Origin: Chrysomallon squamiferum
Lineage: Eukaryota > Animalia > Mollusca
Direction of reading: 5' to 3'
Length of the DNA stretch: 64,000 nucleotides
NCBI GenBank assembly: GCA_012295275.1
Contig: CM022665.1
Coordinates: forward strand, 41,912,001-41,976,000
Shown here: positions 57,181 to 64,000 of the stretch, piece by piece
Position numbering within the stretch: position 1 is the first letter of the stretch
How the letters are laid out: the number at the start of each line of letters is the position of its first letter
The notes under the pieces: model-generated
The model's input: only the letters and a program-made list of their open reading frames with translations
Told to the model about the DNA's origin: nothing
Databases searched by the model: none
Translations under genes and position numbers: made by a program

Positions 57181-58909
57181 CAAGAAACGTATGATTGACA
57201 TGTAATAACTATTACTATTAAAATGTCGTTAAATGTTTATGCGTTGCATCATTTAAGAAAAGAAAAAAAAAAAACGACACGAGACTGATAGATACGCCAA
57301 CTCAGTCTATGAACTATTGACTAATATAACGAGCTGATAACACAGTACTAATATGCAAGAGACTATCGGCTGTTAAAATGATTTCGTCAAACTCTACAGA
57401 CAGCATCGATTTGTTCTGAAACAAAACGAACAAGGGGAAGAATAAAAATACATTTAAATAATAAAATAAAAGGTTCTTCATTTGTTAAGACTCGTTTATT
57501 GTTATACCGGGAATCGCCAGTTCAGATTTCTGTTAAAAGCAACAACAATAAACCATTTCACTGAATAATGTGTACATTTGTTTTAATGTTTTACGGAAAT
57601 GAAAAAAAATAAAATAAATAAATAAATAAAAATAAAAATAAAAATATATAAATAAATAAATAAAATGTAAAAAAAATGAAATAAAAATAGAAGAGAAAAT
57701 AATATTTAAAAAAAACAACAGGAGAAATAATATGATTTGTTTCAAAACGTTATTTTTATCTTGCTGCAGTTTATAAAGATGAAATGGCAATTCTCCAGTT
57801 AACGATTTTTCTTTGACTTCTAGTTACATTTGAACACATTTATATTATCCTGACATACTCTAGCGTCTTGTAAAGTCAATATATTATTTGGGAACCTCTC
57901 ACTCTAGTTGTACCAGGATCTGTGTATGTATGTAGATATATGTGCATGTAAGCACTCGAGTACATATGCATGTGTGTGTTTGTGTGCACGTGCATGCATA
58001 TATGTGAACAAACACAAATGTTTCTTTGAGCATAAGACTGTGAGCTTTAAAATGATCATCATTGTAATCTTACTGCGTTGTGCAAAGAACCATACCTGAC
58101 CGCACTGATTCACGGTAACAAAACTGACTAGACAAAAGAGCATAAATACATTTATATTAAGCTTTTTATTTGCTGATGTCACTCGTACACATTACTTCAC
58201 TGAGAACCGTATTCAGTGTCATGCTTATTTGATAATGTAACGAAACGAGACAAACAGCGAACTTTGACCAAGCGTGAAACATTTTCAGAGACAGATATTC
58301 TTTCTTCCGTGAGCTTAATTCCTTCCTTTTTTTTTTTTTTTTTTTTTTTTTATCGGAGCACCAATAATTATGCACGTTTCCGCCATGTGCCTGGCTTTGC
58401 TGATTTACTAACTTAGAAGCCTTTAACATTTGAACACCGAAACGTTCCTTTGTCATTTAAATGATGCTGCCGAGATATTTATTTTGTTCTGAGTTGACTT
58501 AGCGCTAACGGATCTGTTTAAGTATTCTGAGAATGAAATGCAACAATATAAAAAAAAGAAAATAGGCGTAGAAAAAGCAGCTTGTTTACAGACTTGATGC
58601 ACTTTCGATCTTGAAGGAAATGGAGAGCAGACACGGTATAAACTGATATTATAACACGAGTTAATGAAGCAGGGAATTAAGTTGTTTCTGCTGTAGGATT
58701 GTAACTCGATGTCTGAATGGGCGTTTGAGTCTAAATGTCACAGCTACGAGTTAAGTGAAAACACGCAAATAAAAACTTGTCAGATGGAAGAATCTAGTTT
58801 CTACACATTAGTGCAAACCCTAAAATGACGTATGTATGCTGTTTGCCTCTCTATATTTCATTCTTGCATGATATCTATATTTCTCTTTCTCTCTTTCTCG
58901 ATCAATATT

Positions 58910-59030
<121 letters not shown>

Positions 59031-60204
59031 ATGAAAACTTCTTGGACTACATACAATTTGGACCCCTCTTATCAGAAGCGGATCGGTAATCAGATTTATG
59101 GATCGATATTCTATCATCGATGTCATGAAATATAATAATAGTATAAAGAGGGGTAAAAAAAAATCAGCTCTTCCCGAACAATAATTATACTACTTGTCCA
59201 TTAACAGTAAGAATTTTTTATTTATTTGTTTTTATTTTCGGATTTCCTACCACACATTACATACCACGGAACTTTGTAGCACTTGCAGTATGGGACAGTT
59301 ATCTCTGTGCGGAGAATGGATCCTTGAACCTGTCACTCCTTGTGCAATCGTTTAGCGAGACTGAAACGCAAGTCCACTTCCAAACAAATAACGAGAACTG
59401 TTTCTTCCGATGTATTCAGCTCATAAATAGATCGATATTTGTAATTAACATTTCGACTCGTGTACTTAGTAAATTAATTTAAAGCCAGAGCTACGAAATA
59501 CAATACTCGGCGTCTGTCGGGCCACCGAGGACAGAAACGAGTAAAATAGTTTGTCTCCATCATAACCAATTTCCTAAATGTATTAGTTCGTACACGGAAT
59601 CAAAACTCTGGGCTTTTGTCTGTATCAGGTCACGTGACACGATAACACGATAAAAGCATTTAGTAAATAAATTTTCGCCGGCGTCAAAACAGCAGATACA
59701 GCATCGTTTTTGGACTCTGGTGGAGGAGGCACTGAGTAAACGTCAAACCAGTGTTTGGTTGGACTGAAGACACCATATCGCCTTTTGAAGAATGTAATAT
59801 TTTCGTAATGATTCTGGATGCAAAACGTAATGGCTTATATAAAGACAGCGACAGTGATTCAAAACTAAAAAAAAAATATCGTTGTGTCTGTGTCTATAAA
59901 TAATGTAATTATTTTATTCTTGAATTGTTTTGTGTGTGTGTTATTTTTTTTGCCTTATTTTATTTTATTTTATTTTATTTTATTTTAATTTTATTTTATT
60001 TTAATTTAATTTAATTTAATTTAATTTAATTTAATTTAATTTAATTTAATTTTATTTTATTTTATTTCATTTCATTTTATTATTCATTTATTATTTATTT
60101 TTTAAATAAAATTTATATGTTGGTTTTGTTTTAGATTACAGAATAACACGCTCCCCTAGAGACTTTGAATATTTTCCCATCAGTACTGAAAAAACTCATA
60201 GAAA

Positions 60205-60482
60205 CAGCAACAGTAACTGCAGTAACAGTAGCAGTAGTAGTCGTAGTAGCAGGAGCAGTAGTAAACGCGCAGCAGAAACATCTGCAGTAGCAGTAATAGT
60301 AGTAGTAGTAGTAGTTGTAGTAGTAGAAGTATTAGTAGTAGTATTAGAAGTAGAAGTAGAAGTTGTAGCAGAAGCTGTAGTAGTAGAAGAAGTAATGCTA
60401 GCAATAGTGGTAGTTGTATTAACATTACTAGAAGCAGTGATAGTAGTAGTAGTAGTAGTATAGTAGTAGTAGTAGCAGCAGC

Positions 60483-60552
<70 letters not shown>
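60205..60552. repeat. Degenerate (TAG/CAG)n array followed by (TC)n
   Basis: Directly visible; it generates spurious poly-L and poly-T ORFs. Confidence 0.9.
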
Positions 60553-60554
<2 letters not shown>

Positions 60555-61005
60555 TAATCCATCTGTCTCTTTTGTCTGTTGTTGTTGCCTTCAAAGACTC
60601 GTGTACGCACGCAGGATAGAAAAGTCACTAACCAGTCTTCTACGTTCTGTTTCAGTGTCATTAGAAGTCAGCGCATAGCTTAACACAGATTTCGAGGCTT
60701 CAGCTTATTTTGGCGAACAACACGCAAGCTTATCACAGTCTAACCAGGTCCTCCATTGTCCACAGTTTAGCGTTAGCCACAAAGCCTTATATAGAAACCA
60801 TTTTCCATTATATATGCTGCGTTATGCTTAAGCCTCTTACGATTATAATACGTTATGATTTTTAAAAATACTAAACAAAACAAGCTTTAAGCTCGTGATG
60901 AAAAGGATTTTAGTTTAAACTGTGAAAACAAAATATATAAATAAATAAATAAGTAATAATTCGTATTTTCAAGGTGAGTTCTTTCTTTGTTACTACAGAT
61001 ATTAC

Positions 61006-61045
<40 letters not shown>

Positions 61046-61150
61046 TTCAAATGACATCTCAAAAGTAAAAAAATATGATTACGAAAAAGGACATAACTGA
61101 CTACAACAGAAAGTAAAACCTTCATCACCAACGAGCACGACCTCAATAAC

Positions 61151-61188
<38 letters not shown>

Positions 61189-62711
61189 AATAATAATAAT
61201 AATAATAACAATAATAATAACAATGAGAATAACAGTAACAAAAATTTAAACTATTTCGGGGCAGTCTGGTGGGTTCCAATTTAGCTAAAGTCATTCGTGA
61301 CCTGTCATCTGAACTGACCAGGGAGAATAACTGATACTTTGCTGTATTTCAGTATTACTCTGTACTCAAACCAGACAGTATTCTACAAACAGATACAGCG
61401 CTTGTCAAAACCCTTTGTAAGTTATCCTTATACTGTAAAACTCTTCATCTGTGTAAACATTAGACAAACAGGGTTCTACTACAGAGCATCAGAGATCAGC
61501 TATCATGTCTATGAAAAGGTTGTTATAATCGATTCCGTGCAGAGAAAAAAAAAAAAAAAAAACCATAAAAAAAATACAGTTGTTATTTTCTTTAAAGACT
61601 GTTATAAAAGCGTTGTTAACACGAAATGTTCGATTCCCAGTATGCGATCATAAAACGAGCATTGTTTTTATTTTTTATTTTCTGTATTTCGTTTGGTTAA
61701 ACAAACCAAATAAATAGTTCAAATATACTTTGTTTTAGCACTGAAAAGAAGAATCAATTCAGTAACGTGAAAAAATGTTCAAACCAAAAACACACCTTTT
61801 CTCCACACACAATTAGAGTTAAACAGAAAAACGCTTTTATCACAGTGCTGTTAATTTCGAAGTAATGACGTTAAAAAACAAACACAGTAGATAAGATCGG
61901 ACTGAAATGATTGATAATGAAACAAACAACAACAAAAACAAACGTGTACGTATGAAGGGTGGTGGTTTATCGGACTAGTTACGTAGGGGTTAGGGTAATG
62001 GTTAAACCTTCGTGGTGATGGTTATATTATTGGCTGCGAGTTAATGGGCACGAATTTGATAACATGCTTCCATCTCGAGCTACATGGAGACATACAAGAT
62101 CACTAAAACCTTTTTTATAACAGTTCATCACGGAATGCTGGTCCGAGATTGATATACTCAAACAACCAAAGCATATTACAAGCATGTTTCAAACTGTGAA
62201 CTAACAGAACGGTAATAGAAATTCTGAATGCTAAAGTAAGACATATAAGCAGACCAAAGTATTAAGCATGAACAAGAATTCAGCAGTATGAATTACACAG
62301 AATGAGACAGACAGAAACACAGATTACAGATATACACTCAGAGAGAGATAAAGGGAGAGAGACTCATAAAAGGCAATGCATTCAGAGGTAGCAAAACACA
62401 CTTCGTTAGCTTTAATGTCTGAACTGTTAGCAGTTTTGCGTATTTTAATAGACCACGATGCCATGCATCGACTGATGTTATAACTACAGAAGAAGGAATA
62501 AAAATCAAACAGCACTAAAATGTAAACAAAATTATACAACTCTGTTAGCCATTAACCTCTGCATCCTATCGCTAGGCATTATTCTTGAAATGGGAAATCA
62601 ATTTGTAACGCCCAGAGCCAGGCGAATGTAAGATTGTACTAAATGTTTGTAACGTCTTCAGTTAAATTACGCATTATTATTTTTGTTTGTTGTTTTGTAA
62701 ACGAAATTCTT

Positions 62712-62817
<106 letters not shown>

Positions 62818-62982
62818 GTTTGATACGAACAGTCTATTTTCTGCTTTGTATAAGTGATCGATATTTCTACCACAGCAAAATCAGCAGGGAAGAACAAATA
62901 TTTTTGTTTCGCATATTCGCAATCGTAATCGCCAAAAAAAAATAAAATCTCCACAGAAACACAACAAAATACACTGAAAAAA

Positions 62983-63057
<75 letters not shown>

Positions 63058-64000
63058 TTTTTTTTTTTTTTTTTTTTTTCCATAGTAATAAAAATATTTT
63101 TAATTATATAATTAACTGACGTTTTGTCCGGGAGCGGTCAAGATTATTCGGAAACCAACTTCGCATTCATGTGTAAAAAAAATAAACTTCGGCTTTGTCG
63201 AATTGGAAGATTTCTATTATAACAAGTTTAACCGCATGAAACGTTTCCTTTAGGTTACCGCATGGTTCTTTGTTATTCTTCGTAAAAATGCACCCTAAAG
63301 GCGAACACTCATCTCTTAAATGTTAAATTATTCTAAAAATTTTTACAGTGTATTTAAATTCAGGCTCAATTTGCATTTTCCCTTAAGAAAAATCTGTTTG
63401 TATGTTTCATATTAGTACTGGTGGAATCAGATCTACTGAGACTGCAGTTCCAAACGACTTCATCATATGATTTTCCTTCAAGTCATATTCCGTCTTTGTT
63501 GTTGTTTTTCTTCTTCTTATTATTATTATTATTTTTCTTCTTCTTCTTCTTCTTTTTCTTCTTGTTCTTCTTATTATTATTATCATCATATCATTATTAT
63601 TATTATTATTATTATTATTTTATCTCTTTTTTTTTATACGGAAATATCCGAAATGATACGATCGATTTACGTTACTTATAGATCAGACGTCTTTATTGCA
63701 GAGTCAGAACGACATACGCACAAATCATGTCCAAAATAACGACGGTCTCTTTTACGAGTAGGCTAACGTAAATCAATCGTAACCTTTCGGTTATTTTCGT
63801 CAAACCCCCCACCACCACCACCACCACCAAGAATCAACAATCCGGTACGACGACTTGAAGCGAAATTGCGCGGTGACGTCATATGATCAATTTAGACGCG
63901 TGTGTCTCTTGTATTTTGTAAGAAGAAATCGTCTGTCTGAAACAACGACGTCTGATGGCGTCGTACGTTACAGATTACGTCGATCGTACGTTCCTGTAGC

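Noticed and set aside
61985-62005. GGGGTTAGGGTAATGGTTA telomere-like word
   Set aside because: A single TTAGGG unit; expected by chance.

Overview
This is AT-rich eukaryotic (animal) genomic DNA with GT-AG introns. A mollusc or other lophotrochozoan origin is an inference from the protein style and repeat content. Three protein-coding genes are present. (1) The 5' ~two-thirds of BIRC6/Bruce/Apollon lies on the minus strand: 35 coding exons traced, 27534 down to 134, ~3270 codons, with the gene running off the left edge before the UBC domain. (2) A complete 7-exon TBCB (tubulin-folding cofactor B, 245 aa) lies on the plus strand (28459-34012), head-to-head with BIRC6 across a ~0.92 kb shared promoter region. 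(3) The terminal coding exon of a THIK-type two-pore K+ channel (KCNK12/13-like) lies on the minus strand (53142-54025); no upstream exon was found in the window. The rest is intron or intergenic DNA rich in microsatellites, degenerate SINE/LINE-like fragments and a ~1.5 kb inverted-repeat element. I found no convincing novel multi-gene system. The most notable oddities are a 1-nt frame break in BIRC6 exon 29, a tandem duplication that copies a BIRC6 splice acceptor, and a sharp CpG/(GA)n compositional boundary near 37 kb.
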